Source of the DNA: Anaeroplasmataceae bacterium
GTDB lineage: Bacteria > Bacillota_I > Bacilli_A > Acholeplasmatales > Anaeroplasmataceae
Length of the DNA: 64,000 bases
NCBI GenBank assembly: GCA_045127955.1
Contig: JBGVRA010000062.1
Coordinates: 1,428 to 65,427 of the forward strand
Direction: 5' to 3'
The notes beneath the pieces are model-generated. The model saw nothing but the letters and a program-made list of their open reading frames with translations, did not search any database and was not told the DNA's origin. The position numbers and the translations under genes were made by a program. Positions 27,357-37,900 of the stretch are shown here, one piece after another. How positions within the stretch are numbered: the first letter of the stretch is position 1; each line of letters begins with the position of its first letter.

Positions 27357-28554
27357 TTTCTATTAAGATTTGTACAACTTGTTCCATTTCTTCTAAGCAT
27401 GCCATTTCGTATGGACCATGGCAGTTATATCCACCTGTTCCAAGGTTTGGACAGTTTAAGCCCATATATGTTAGTCTTGCTCCATCTGTTCCACCTCTTA
27501 TAGGTGAAGTATTTGGTGTTAATCCTAGTGTTTTAATTGCTGTTAGGGCTTTGTCGATGCATCTTGGATCTTTATTTATTAATTCTGACATATTTGAATA
27601 ACTATCTTTAATGATTAGTGTTACTGTATCAGGGTTGTATTTAGAATTTAGATAGTTTTTAGCTTGTTCCATGATTTGTTTTTTCTTTTCTAATTTAGTT
27701 TTATCATGGTCTCTTAAAATATAATGCATTTTAGCTTCGCCTACAACGCCTGTTATATTTGTTAAATGATAGAATCCTTCGTAGTTATCAGTGTATTCTG
27801 GTTTTTGTTCTTGTGGTAGAAGGCTATTGTATTCCATTGCGATTAGACTTGCGTTTAACATTTGATTTTTCGCACTACCTGGATGGATATCTAATCCTTT
27901 AACTGTTACTAATGCACTAGCTGCATTGAAGTTTTCATAGTTGATTTCATTTGGTGCTCCGCCATCAACTGTGTAAGCATAATCACATGGAAATTTTGAT
28001 AAATCGAATTTCTCAATACCTTCACCTATTTCTTCATCTGGTGTAAATGCAACATGAATTTCTACGTGGGGAGCATTTGTTTGTTTGTAGTAGTATAGCA
28101 TTGCCATGATATTTGCAATTCCTGCTTTATCATCTGCTCCTAGGACTGTTGTTCCATCTGTTGTGATTAGGGTTTTACCTTTTAATGATGGTAGGTACGG
28201 AAATTGTGTAGGATTCAATTCGATTCCATTAAGTTTGATTGTATTACCATCATAATTATTTATTACTTGAGGATTTACGTTTGTTCCGCTAAATCCAGGT
28301 ATTGTATCCATATGAGCAATGAATCCTATTGATAGGGAGTTACCTTCGATATTTGATGGTAAAGTTGCTGTAACGAAGCAGTTGTTTGAAACTTCGATGT
28401 TTGTTAATCCTAAATCATTTAATTCATCTGCTAAAATATGTGCTAAATTAAATTGTTTTTGGGTTGATGGTGTTTGGTTTGTGTCTTCTTTTGACATAGT
28501 ATCAACTTTTACATATCTTATAAATGTATCTAATATATATTTTTTTAAATTCAT
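27340..28554 (-). CDS. pepT: peptidase T (tripeptide aminopeptidase, M20B)
   Basis: 'FIRYVKVDT', 'HMDT', 'LGADDKAGIA', 'TPDEEIG', 'GGTDGA'. AAGGAAGG RBS for ATG 28554. Confidence 0.9.
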   Translation of the reverse strand: MNLKKYILDTFIRYVKVDTMSKEDTNQTPSTQKQFNLAHILADELNDLGLTNIEVSNNCFVTATLPSNIEGNSLSIGFIAHMDTIPGFSGTNVNPQVINNYDGNTIKLNGIELNPTQFPYLPSLKGKTLITTDGTTVLGADDKAGIANIMAMLYYYKQTNAPHVEIHVAFTPDEEIGEGIEKFDLSKFPCDYAYTVDGGAPNEINYENFNAASALVTVKGLDIHPGSAKNQMLNASLIAMEYNSLLPQEQKPEYTDNYEGFYHLTNITGVVGEAKMHYILRDHDKTKLEKKKQIMEQAKNYLNSKYNPDTVTLIIKDSYSNMSELINKDPRCIDKALTAIKTLGLTPNTSPIRGGTDGARLTYMGLNCPNLGTGGYNCHGPYEMACLEEMEQVVQILIEITKAS

Positions 28555-28631
28555 AATTATTACCTTCCTTTTTAAACAATTATACACTAAAATGAAGAAG
28601 TGTGCTATAATTATTTCGTTTAGGTGATAAT

Positions 28632-29816
28632 ATGGAAGAGAAATTTGTTAATAGGAAATATAATTTTTTGAAATTATTGTTTTTATTTGTTTATATTGCT
28701 GATGCATTATATTATTCTTATACATCTTTATTTTTATCGTCTTTAGATTTTAAAGAGGGGATTATTGGGGTTATTGCATCTATTACGACGATTACTTATT
28801 TAGTGGTTAATCCTATTTGGAATATTTTTGCTAAGAATAATAAGATTATTAAATATATGCTTATGGGGATTGCGCTTGCATCTGGTGTGATTATTATTTT
28901 ATACGGTAATGCTTCAACTGTTGAAGTGATTATGCTTTTAACTGGTATGCTTGCTTGTGTGATTGCTCCTTTTTATTCTTTGTTAGATAGCCATGCAACT
29001 GTTTTTTGTAATAAGTATAATAAGGAATATTCTAATATTAGAGTGATGGGATCTATTGCCTATATTATTGGTAGTGGAATTGGTGGAGTATTGGTTGACT
29101 ATATTGGTTATTCAAATATGTTTATTATTTCAGGTACTATTTTTATTCTGTGTTCAGTTTTTATATTGTTTTTAAAGACTGAAAAAATGGAAAAGGGAGA
29201 AGAAAAAAGGGATTTTAAAGCTATTTTGAAAAATAAATGGTTTTACGCATATTCTCTGTTTTATTTATTTTTAGTTACACTAAATAATGTTGGAGATAGT
29301 TTTGTTCCGTTATTGTTTAGTAAAATTAAAGGTTTATCTGCTTCTGATTATGGTTTTATTGCAGCTTTATTTGTGTTTGTTGAAGTTGTTGTTATGTTTG
29401 TTTTAGCTAAATATTTTAGAAAGATTAGAGATTTATATTTGCTTATATTGGTTGTATTAGGATATTTTTTAAAGACTTTCTTACTTAGTTTTACTAACCT
29501 TCCTACTCCTGTTTTAATTGTAGCTGCTTGTTTTAGGGGCGTTGGTTGGGGAACTTTACTTTTTGTTCATATGAAATATTTGGTTAAACTTGTTGGTATT
29601 CATAATGTTACTTCAGCTAGTTTGGTTTTAGTATTTTTTTCTTCGGTTTTTCAATTTTTAGGATCTAATTTGTTTGGGTATTTATTTGAAAATATTGGGT
29701 ATGATTTTTCTTTTAGGTTGATTAGTATCTTAAGTATTAGTGTTGGGGCTTTATTTATTGTTTCTAGATTTATTTTTGAAAGAGCAAGTTCTTGTAAATA
29801 TCTTGAAGAATTTTAG
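28632..29816 (+). CDS. MFS transporter
   Basis: About 12 hydrophobic helices in a 6+6 layout with a central charged loop. Confidence 0.7.
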   Translation: MEEKFVNRKYNFLKLLFLFVYIADALYYSYTSLFLSSLDFKEGIIGVIASITTITYLVVNPIWNIFAKNNKIIKYMLMGIALASGVIIILYGNASTVEVIMLLTGMLACVIAPFYSLLDSHATVFCNKYNKEYSNIRVMGSIAYIIGSGIGGVLVDYIGYSNMFIISGTIFILCSVFILFLKTEKMEKGEEKRDFKAILKNKWFYAYSLFYLFLVTLNNVGDSFVPLLFSKIKGLSASDYGFIAALFVFVEVVVMFVLAKYFRKIRDLYLLILVVLGYFLKTFLLSFTNLPTPVLIVAACFRGVGWGTLLFVHMKYLVKLVGIHNVTSASLVLVFFSSVFQFLGSNLFGYLFENIGYDFSFRLISILSISVGALFIVSRFIFERASSCKYLEEF

Positions 29817-29863
29817 ATTTTAGGTTATAATAATATAAAGGTTGGTTTGAAAGGAGTTTACTC

Positions 29864-30064
29864 ATGAAGGGAAAAGTTAAATGGTTTAATGCCGAAAAGG
29901 GTTATGGCTTTATTATTGATGAAGAAGGCAAAGAAGTTTTCGTTCATTTTAGTGCTATTAAAGTTGACGGCTATAAAACATTAAATGAGGGTGAGGAAGT
30001 TACTTTTGAAGTTGTTCAAGGTGACCGTGGCCCATTAGCTAAAGATGTTCAAAGAACAGCTTAA
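29864..30064 (+). CDS. cold-shock protein (CspA family)
   Basis: '[15 protein letters not shown]' (RNP1) and 'VFVHFS' (RNP2). Confidence 0.95.
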   Translation: MKGKVKWFNAEKGYGFIIDEEGKEVFVHFSAIKVDGYKTLNEGEEVTFEVVQGDRGPLAKDVQRTA

Positions 30065-30071
30065 TAATGTT

Positions 30072-30098
30072 AGGATCTGATTTTCAGGTCCTTTTTAT
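30072..30098 (+). terminator. rho-independent terminator after csp
   Basis: AGGATCTG-ATTTT-CAGGTCCT followed by T5. Confidence 0.7.
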
Positions 30099-30133
30099 TT
30101 TGTTTTGCATATTATAATCTAGGGGTGAATTTG

Positions 30134-31009
30134 ATGATTAAAGGAAGTATTGTTGCTTTAGTGACACCTTTTGATTCTTATAATAAGATTGATTTTAATG
30201 AAATTGATAGATTGTTAGATTATCATATTGAAAATAAAACTGATGGAATTTTACTTTTGGGTACGACTGCAGAGGCTGAGAGTTTAAGTGATGATGAAAA
30301 GGTTCGATTAGTTAAGCACGTTGTTTGTTATTTAGATGGTAAGATTAAGGTTATGGTTGGCTTAATTGCTAATGTAACAGAAGAAGTTATTAGATTAAGT
30401 GATTTGTTTAAGGAAATTGTTTTTGATAGTTATTTAGTTATTGTTCCATATTATATTAAAAGTAATACTTCGGGTTTGATTAAACATTTTACTAAAATTG
30501 CTGATTATGTTGATAAACCTATTGTTTTATATAATGTTCCTAAAAGATGTGGTTTTGGATTAGATTTGGATGTTGTTAAGATTTTATCTTATCATCCTAA
30601 TATTATTGGGATTAAAGAAGCTAGTGGAGATATTAATTATCAAAGTAAGATTGCAGCATTTTGTAGTGATGGTTTTTTGTTATATTGTGGTGATGATTTT
30701 AGTATTTTAGGTAGTTTGGGTGTTGGAGCTAGTGGTGTTATTTCTGTGATTGGGAATTGTTTTCCTAAAGAGGTCAAGATTATTATTGATTCTTTTAAGA
30801 AAAATATTGATATTTCTAGGTCCACTTTTTTTATGATTTTACCACTTATTAATGTTATTTATTTAGAGGTTTCTCCTATTTGTTGTAAGTATTTAATGTA
30901 TTTAATGGGGTTTAAAACTAAAAAATATAGAATGCCTTTAGATGAACCTTCTTTAGAAAGTAAAAGATTGATAGAAGAAGTTGCATATTGTTTTTTTGAA
31001 GAAGAGTAA
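30134..31009 (+). CDS. dapA: 4-hydroxy-tetrahydrodipicolinate synthase family (DHDPS/NAL) protein
   Basis: 'GSIVALVTPF', 'GTTAEAESLS', 'LYNVPKR', Schiff-base 'GIKEASGD'. AGGGGTG upstream of ATG 30134. Confidence 0.65.
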   Translation: MIKGSIVALVTPFDSYNKIDFNEIDRLLDYHIENKTDGILLLGTTAEAESLSDDEKVRLVKHVVCYLDGKIKVMVGLIANVTEEVIRLSDLFKEIVFDSYLVIVPYYIKSNTSGLIKHFTKIADYVDKPIVLYNVPKRCGFGLDLDVVKILSYHPNIIGIKEASGDINYQSKIAAFCSDGFLLYCGDDFSILGSLGVGASGVISVIGNCFPKEVKIIIDSFKKNIDISRSTFFMILPLINVIYLEVSPICCKYLMYLMGFKTKKYRMPLDEPSLESKRLIEEVAYCFFEEE

Positions 31010-31073
31010 AAATATTTACAAGTCTTTTATTTTATGATAAATTATAGGTGATATTTAGCTTGGAGGACACCAT

Positions 31074-34000
31074 ATGAAGAAGATTATTTATATATTATTA
31101 TTGATGTTGGTTTTGGTTCCTATTACATCATGTAAACCTAGTAAAAGGCCAACACCTACTGTAGAGACTTTAGAATATGTCGTTAGTTTTGAGTCTAATG
31201 GTGGTAGTAGCGTCTCTTCTGTTACTGTAGTTAGCGGAGAAAAAGTTAATAAACCAAGTGATCCTGTTTATGAAGGATTTGTTTTTGATGGTTGGTATAC
31301 TGATAGTGCTTTAACTTTAGAATATGATTTTAATGATGTTGTTGATAATAATCTTGTTTTATATGCTAAGTGGGTTGTTGTTGTCGATGAAAAGACTCAA
31401 GCTAAGGAAGAATTGATTGGTTTTGTTGAAGATATTAAAAGAGAATATGATGATGCTGAACTTATTAATCAAATAGATGAAATTAAGAATAGTGGTTTAA
31501 TTAAGATTGATAATGCTATAGATGTTAGTAGTTGTTTAAATGAAATTAAAGATGAAATTTTAGAGATTATTGAGTTATTTGGTAATGGTAAGGTAGAAGG
31601 ACAAATTGAATTTACTAATTATGAAGGTTTAAATGAGGCTGCAGTTATTGAATTTAATTTAAATGGTGCTAGTTCGTATAATGTTTATGTTAAAGGAAAT
31701 GATTATGAAGATTATACTTTATTAGATTATAAGAATGCTTATTATAGAAGTTTTACTGATGTTGGTCGTTTTGATTTAATTGGTTTTGAAAAAGGAGAAT
31801 ATTTCTTTAAGGTTGTTCCTGTTTTAAAAAATGAAGAATATGATTTACAGTCTGCTGTTTGTAAGGTTAGTATAGATGCTTATGATAGATCAGGATATGC
31901 TCATTATAATTATAGTGATGGTGTTGGCGCATATAATGATGATGGTACTCTAAAAGATAATGCGATTGTTATTTATGTAACTGATGAAAATAAGGATTAT
32001 GTTATGGGGAGTGTTGATGAGGTTTCATCAGTTATGTTTGATATTCCTGGTGTTGGAGGTAAGGCTTTAGGTATTGGATGGTGGCTTAATAACACTCAAT
32101 ATTCTAAGCAAGGATCTAATACTTATGATAGTAATGGTAGTAAACTTGGTTTTGATTCTTTAAATGATAGTCATCCTATTGTTATTCGTTTTGTTGGTAC
32201 TGTGACGGCACCTTTAGGGTTGACAGCTTATGATTCTACTGAATTTGGTGGTACTGTTGGTGATAATGGTAATATGGCTAGAATGAAGAATTTAAAGAAT
32301 GTTACTATTGAAGGTGTTGGTGATGATGCTGTTATTGAAGGCTGGGGATTCCACTTTATTTCTTCTGATACTACTGGTAATCGTGGTAAGAGTTTTGAGG
32401 CTCGCAATTTAACATTTAGTAAATATAGTGAAGATGCGTTAGGTATGGAAGGTGTCCAAGAAGGTGGTAAGTTAACTTCTCCTGTTCTAAGATGTTGGGT
32501 TCATCATATTACTTTCTTACCTGGATATTGTGCTAATCCTGCTGAATCTGATAAGAGTGAAGGCGATGGTTCTTGTGATTTTAAGCGTGGTATGTATTAT
32601 ACTATGGCGTATTGTTATTATGAATATTGCCATAAAACTAATTTGATTGGTTCTAGTGATGATTCACTTCAATTTAATATTAGTTTCCATCATAATATTT
32701 GGTATAATTGTGGTTCTCGTATTCCGTTATTAAGACAAGCTAATGTTCATTTTTATAATAATTATGTTTATGCTGATATTAATGATAGTAAAGCTGAGTT
32801 AAGTTATGTAGCTTCTTTAAGAGCAAATTGTTATATGTTTGCTGAAAATAATTATTTTGAAGGTTGTAAAAATGTCTATCAACAAAAGAGTGGTGTTGGT
32901 AAAGAATTTGGTAATACATATGTTCAATGTTATGGCGATTTTGATGTTGTTAAGGCAACTTCTAGAGATGAAAGTGTAAGTAGTTCTTGTGGATATAATG
33001 GAACAAGTTATGCTAATTTTGATACTAATAGTAGTTTATTTTATTATGATAGTGTTAATAAGAAAAGTGCTTGTTATATCACTGATAGTGTTACTGCAAG
33101 ACTTGAATGTTTAAAGGAATCTGGTTCTTATTATCGAACTAAACTTAATAAAACATCTTGTAGTATTGATCGTGTTTCTAATTTATATGATGTTGATGAG
33201 ACTATTAGTTTAACTGATGAAGTTTTAAATGTAAGTATTGGAACAAATATTTCAGGTATTCATTTTAGTAATAGTGGTAAGAATAAATTTAAGAATCAAG
33301 GTGTTACTTTTAGACTTGCTGACGTTGCGAAGGTTAGTATTAATATTGTTGGTAATTCTAGTGCAGCTTTAAATGATGGTTATTTGATTAGTTCAAATGG
33401 TGAAGTAATGCTTGTTGGTAGTGGAAGTGTTGTTTTAAATCCTGGTGTTTATTATATTGCTTCTTGTCAAATGGATAAAGAATCTACGTTAAATTCTTTA
33501 TCTTTTGAAAGGGTTAATTCAGAAGAATTTAATGAACAAAGAATTAAAGAATATAATGAATTAGTTTCTAAGATTGGCCAAATTAGTTATTCTTTAGATT
33601 GTTATAATCGTATTAAAGATTGTATGGATTATTATAAGGGATTAGGAGATTTACAAGCTAGTGTTGATTATAGTGTTGTTGATAATGCTTATAGTAGTTA
33701 TTTAGAACTTGGTGTTACTTATGTTAGTTCTTTAATTGATAATATTGGTGTTGTTGATAAGACGAGTGGTAGTAGTATTTATTTAGCAAGAACTGAATAT
33801 GATAAGTTAGTTAGTAAAGATGGTAGTGTTGTTGTTCCTAATTATGATGTTTTAGTTCAAGCTGAGGCTAGTTTTGAAGGTTTTGCGGTTAGTTCTTGTA
33901 TTGATAAGATTAATGATATCGGTGTTGTTGATTTAAATAGTGGTAATAAGATTATGACTGCTAGAGGTGAATATGATTTACTTAGTGTAAGTCAAAAAGA

Positions 34001-34793
34001 GCTTATTACTAATTATAATGTTTTAGTTCAAGCTGAGATTGAGTTTAATGATTTGGTTTTAATTAATGAAGTTGATGTGTTAATTAAGAATGTTAATTTA
34101 GATAATATTGATTCAATAGAAGAAGTTATTAATGGTTATAATGAGTTAAGTGATAGTAATAAAAATAGAATAGCTGATAAAGATAAATATTCTAATATTT
34201 TAGTTACTTATGTTATTAAACTAATTGATAATATTGGTGTTGTTACTAATAAATCTGGTGATGATATTAATAAAGCGTTAGCTGCATATAATAATTTAAG
34301 TGATTTGGAAAAAGAACTTATCACTAATTATGATGTTTTAGTTAGAGCTTTAGAAGATTTTAGTAATATGGTTATTGAATATAATATTAGCTGGTCTTAT
34401 AGTAGTGAAGCTGTAGCTGAAAAACCTAAGACTGGTACTACTAAAGATGGATTTGAATATAATATGAATAAGATTAGTGGTAATAGTATTTGTATTAAAC
34501 AAGGGTCTGGTCAATATGTTAAGAGTCCTGTTTTAGAATCTAGTAATGTTAGTATTACTTTTACAGTAAAAGCTATTGATACTAGCAATATTATTACTTT
34601 AGATGTTTTAGTTGTTTATACTGATGGTAGTAGTGAAGTTATTTATGTTGAGTTACCTGAAGATAAGAAGGCGTTAACTAAGACTATTGAATTTTCTGGT
34701 AAGGAAATTAGTACTGTTACTTTGAATGGTTCATCAAGCCATACATCTAAAAATGTTGGTGTTGAGGAGTTTAGTATTACTTATTTTAAATAA
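31074..34793 (+). CDS. surface lipoprotein with a Listeria/Bacteroides-type repeat, a PL1 pectate-lyase domain and C-terminal helical repeats
   Basis: Lipobox 'ITSC'. 'YVVSFESNGGS...FDGWYTD'. PL1 signature 'WVHHITF...DGSCDFKRG...HKTNLIGSSD...SFHHNIWYNCGSRIPLLRQANVHFYNNY'. Confidence 0.85.
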   Translation: MKKIIYILLLMLVLVPITSCKPSKRPTPTVETLEYVVSFESNGGSSVSSVTVVSGEKVNKPSDPVYEGFVFDGWYTDSALTLEYDFNDVVDNNLVLYAKWVVVVDEKTQAKEELIGFVEDIKREYDDAELINQIDEIKNSGLIKIDNAIDVSSCLNEIKDEILEIIELFGNGKVEGQIEFTNYEGLNEAAVIEFNLNGASSYNVYVKGNDYEDYTLLDYKNAYYRSFTDVGRFDLIGFEKGEYFFKVVPVLKNEEYDLQSAVCKVSIDAYDRSGYAHYNYSDGVGAYNDDGTLKDNAIVIYVTDENKDYVMGSVDEVSSVMFDIPGVGGKALGIGWWLNNTQYSKQGSNTYDSNGSKLGFDSLNDSHPIVIRFVGTVTAPLGLTAYDSTEFGGTVGDNGNMARMKNLKNVTIEGVGDDAVIEGWGFHFISSDTTGNRGKSFEARNLTFSKYSEDALGMEGVQEGGKLTSPVLRCWVHHITFLPGYCANPAESDKSEGDGSCDFKRGMYYTMAYCYYEYCHKTNLIGSSDDSLQFNISFHHNIWYNCGSRIPLLRQANVHFYNNYVYADINDSKAELSYVASLRANCYMFAENNYFEGCKNVYQQKSGVGKEFGNTYVQCYGDFDVVKATSRDESVSSSCGYNGTSYANFDTNSSLFYYDSVNKKSACYITDSVTARLECLKESGSYYRTKLNKTSCSIDRVSNLYDVDETISLTDEVLNVSIGTNISGIHFSNSGKNKFKNQGVTFRLADVAKVSINIVGNSSAALNDGYLISSNGEVMLVGSGSVVLNPGVYYIASCQMDKESTLNSLSFERVNSEEFNEQRIKEYNELVSKIGQISYSLDCYNRIKDCMDYYKGLGDLQASVDYSVVDNAYSSYLELGVTYVSSLIDNIGVVDKTSGSSIYLARTEYDKLVSKDGSVVVPNYDVLVQAEASFEGFAVSSCIDKINDIGVVDLNSGNKIMTARGEYDLLSVSQKELITNYNVLVQAEIEFNDLVLINEVDVLIKNVNLDNIDSIEEVINGYNELSDSNKNRIADKDKYSNILVTYVIKLIDNIGVVTNKSGDDINKALAAYNNLSDLEKELITNYDVLVRALEDFSNMVIEYNISWSYSSEAVAEKPKTGTTKDGFEYNMNKISGNSICIKQGSGQYVKSPVLESSNVSITFTVKAIDTSNIITLDVLVVYTDGSSEVIYVELPEDKKALTKTIEFSGKEISTVTLNGSSSHTSKNVGVEEFSITYFK

Positions 34794-34800
34794 TTATAAG

Positions 34801-34840
34801 ATAGGAAATTGCTTTTTTTGGTGATTTCCTATTTATTTTT
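34801..34840 (+). terminator. rho-independent terminator
   Basis: ATAGGAAAT ... ATTTCCTAT followed by a T-run. Confidence 0.7.
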
Positions 34841-34981
34841 TTTGCTTATTTATTGAAAATAAATAGTTTTTTAGCGTTATATAGGCGAATTCTTTGTTTT
34901 TTGGCTTTTGTTCTATTGATTATTTTTTGTAAAAGTTTTATAATATAGAGTGAAAATTATTGGACTCATTAGGAGGAAATT

Positions 34982-37900
34982 ATGAGCGAAAAAATGAAAC
35001 GTATGGCGATAGATGGTAACTACGCTGCTGCATATTCTTCATATGCATTCACAGAAGTAGCTGGTATCTATCCAATCACTCCATCATCACCTATGGCGGA
35101 GTACACAGATGAATGGGCATCTCAAGGTAAGAAGAACTTATTTGGTATGCCTGTAAAAGTAGTTGAAATGCAATCAGAAGGAGGAGCTGCTGGTACTGTT
35201 CATGGTTCATTACAAGCAGGTGCCTTAACTACAACTTATACTGCATCTCAAGGGTTATTATTAAAGGTTCCTAACATGTATAAGATTGCTGGTGAATGTT
35301 TACCAGGTGTTATTCATGTTTCAGCACGTACAATCGCTGCTCAAAGTTTAGCAATCTTTGGTGATCACCAAGACGTTATGGCATGCCGTCAAACTGGTTT
35401 TGCTATGTTATGTGCTGGTTCAGTACAAGAAACTATGGATTTAGCTGGTGTTGCTCACTTATCAGCAATTAAGACTAGTATTCCATTCTTACATTTCTTT
35501 GATGGTTTTAGAACTTCTCACGAAGTTAATACAATCGAACCAGTTGATTATGCTGTATTCGATAAGTTATTAGACAGAGAAGCTGTAGCTAAATTCAGAG
35601 CTGAAGCTTTAAGTCCATTACATCCAAAGACTCGTGGTACTGCACAAAACGATGACGTTTACTTCCAAACTAGAGAACTTCAAAACCACAAGTATGAAGG
35701 TGTTTCTGATGTAGTAGAATATTATATGGATGAAATTGCTAAGGCAACTGGTCGTCAATATAAGCCATTCAGCTACTATGGTGCACCAGATGCAGAAAAC
35801 GTAATTATTTGTATGGGTTCTGTTACTGAATGTGCTGAAGAAGTTGTTGAATATTTAACAGCTAAGGGCGAAAAAGTTGGTGTATTAAAGGTACATTTAT
35901 ATCGTCCATTCGATACTAAGAAATTCTTAGCATCTATGCCAGCAACTGTTAAGAAGATTGCTGTTTTAGACCGTACAATTGAACAAGGTGCTTTATATGA
36001 ACCATTATGCTTAGATGTTCAATCTGTATATTACAATGCTGCAAACGCTCCATTAATCGTTGGTGGACGTTATGGTTTATCTTCAAAAGATACTACTCCA
36101 GATTTAATCAATGCAGTATTTAATAACTTAAAGAAGGATCAACCTAAGGATCATTTCACATTAGGTATTAACGATGATATTAAGCATACTTCATTAGAAG
36201 TTACTGAATCTATCGACGTTGCTGATCCAACTACAACTGAATTATTATTCTTCGGTTTAGGTTCTGATGGTACAGTAGGTGCTTGTAAGAACATTTCTAA
36301 GATCGTTGGTGACTATACTGAATTCTATTCTCAAAGCTATGCAGCTTATGACTCTAAGAAATCAGGTGGTTCTACAAGATTACATTTACGTTTCTCTAAG
36401 AAACCTATCCGTTCAACTTATTTAGTTAACCAACCTCACTTCGTATCTTGTTCATTAGATGCATATCTAGACAAGTTCGATATGATTGATGGTTTACGTA
36501 ATGGTGGTACTTTCTTACTTAATACAGTATTAGATGCTAACCAAATCGTTGACCGTTTACCTAATAAATATAAGAGATTATTAGCACAAAAGAATGCTAA
36601 GTTCTACATTATTGGTGCAAATGCTGCAGCTAGAGAATGTGGATTCCGTCCAGGCTTAGGTGTTAATACTATTATGCAATCAGCATTCTTCAAATTAAAT
36701 GAACAAATCATGGATTATGAAGAAGCTAAACAACACATGAAAGAATTCGCAACAAAGACTTACTTAAAGAAGGGTCAAGATATTGTTGATCAAAACCATA
36801 AGGCTATCGATATGGGTGGTACAAGATTAGTTGCTGTTGCTGTTGATCCAGCTTGGGCTACATTAGAAGACGATGTAAAGAGTGTTGATATGTCTCGTCC
36901 AAAATTCGTTAGAGAAATTGCTGACGTTATTAACTCAATTAAGGGTGATAGCTTACCACTTTCTGCATTTGCTCAATTTGGTGATGACTGTCATATGCCT
37001 CAAGGTACAGCTGCATATGAAAAACGTGGTGTAGCTTCAGATGTTCCTCTATGGACTCCTGAAAACTGTATCCAATGTAACCAATGTGCATTCGTATGTC
37101 CACATGCTTGTTTACGTCCATTCTTATGTACTGAAGAAGAAGTTGCTAATGCACCTGAAGGTTCTAAGTTCTTAGATGCTACAGGATTCAAGGGCTATAA
37201 GTATACTCTTCAAGTTTCTACATTAGACTGTACAGGTTGTGGTGTATGTTTAACTGTATGTCCTGGTAAGCCTAAGAAAGCTGCTGATGGTACAGTTACT
37301 AAGGCTCCTGCTTTAACTGCACATTCAATGGTTGCATCTAAAGAAGCTAAGGAAGCAGAAATCGCTGCTTACTTCTATGATCATGTAACATATAAGAGTG
37401 AAGTTGCTGGTCAAAACAACGTTAAGAATTTACAATTCACTAAGCCATTATTTGAATTCTCTGGTGCTTGTGGTGGATGTGGTGAAACTCCTTATGTTAA
37501 GGCTGTTTCTCAATTATTCGGTGATCGTATGATGGTTGCTAATGCAACAGGTTGTACATCAATTTATTCTGGTTCTTATCCATCAAGCCCATATACTACA
37601 GATGCTAATGGTCATGGTCCAGCATGGGCTAACTCATTATTCGAAGACAATGCTGAATTTGGTTTCGGTATGAGAATGGCTGTTGAAACATTACGTGATA
37701 GATTACAAAACGTTATGGCTTGTAATTTAGCTGAAATGCCAGAAGAAGCAGCTGCTTTATGTACTAAGTGGATGGAAAACAGAACATCTGGTTTAGTAAC
37801 TAAAGAATTAGCTCCTCAAATCGTGGCTGCTATGGAAGCTATCGATGCACCATATGCTAGAGAAATCTTATCATTAAAGGATTACTTAATTAAGGTTTCT

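Noticed and set aside
30065-30133. A lysine riboswitch or other leader upstream of the dapA-like gene.
   Set aside because: Only about 35 nt remain between the csp terminator and the RBS, which is too short for an L-box (about 180 nt).
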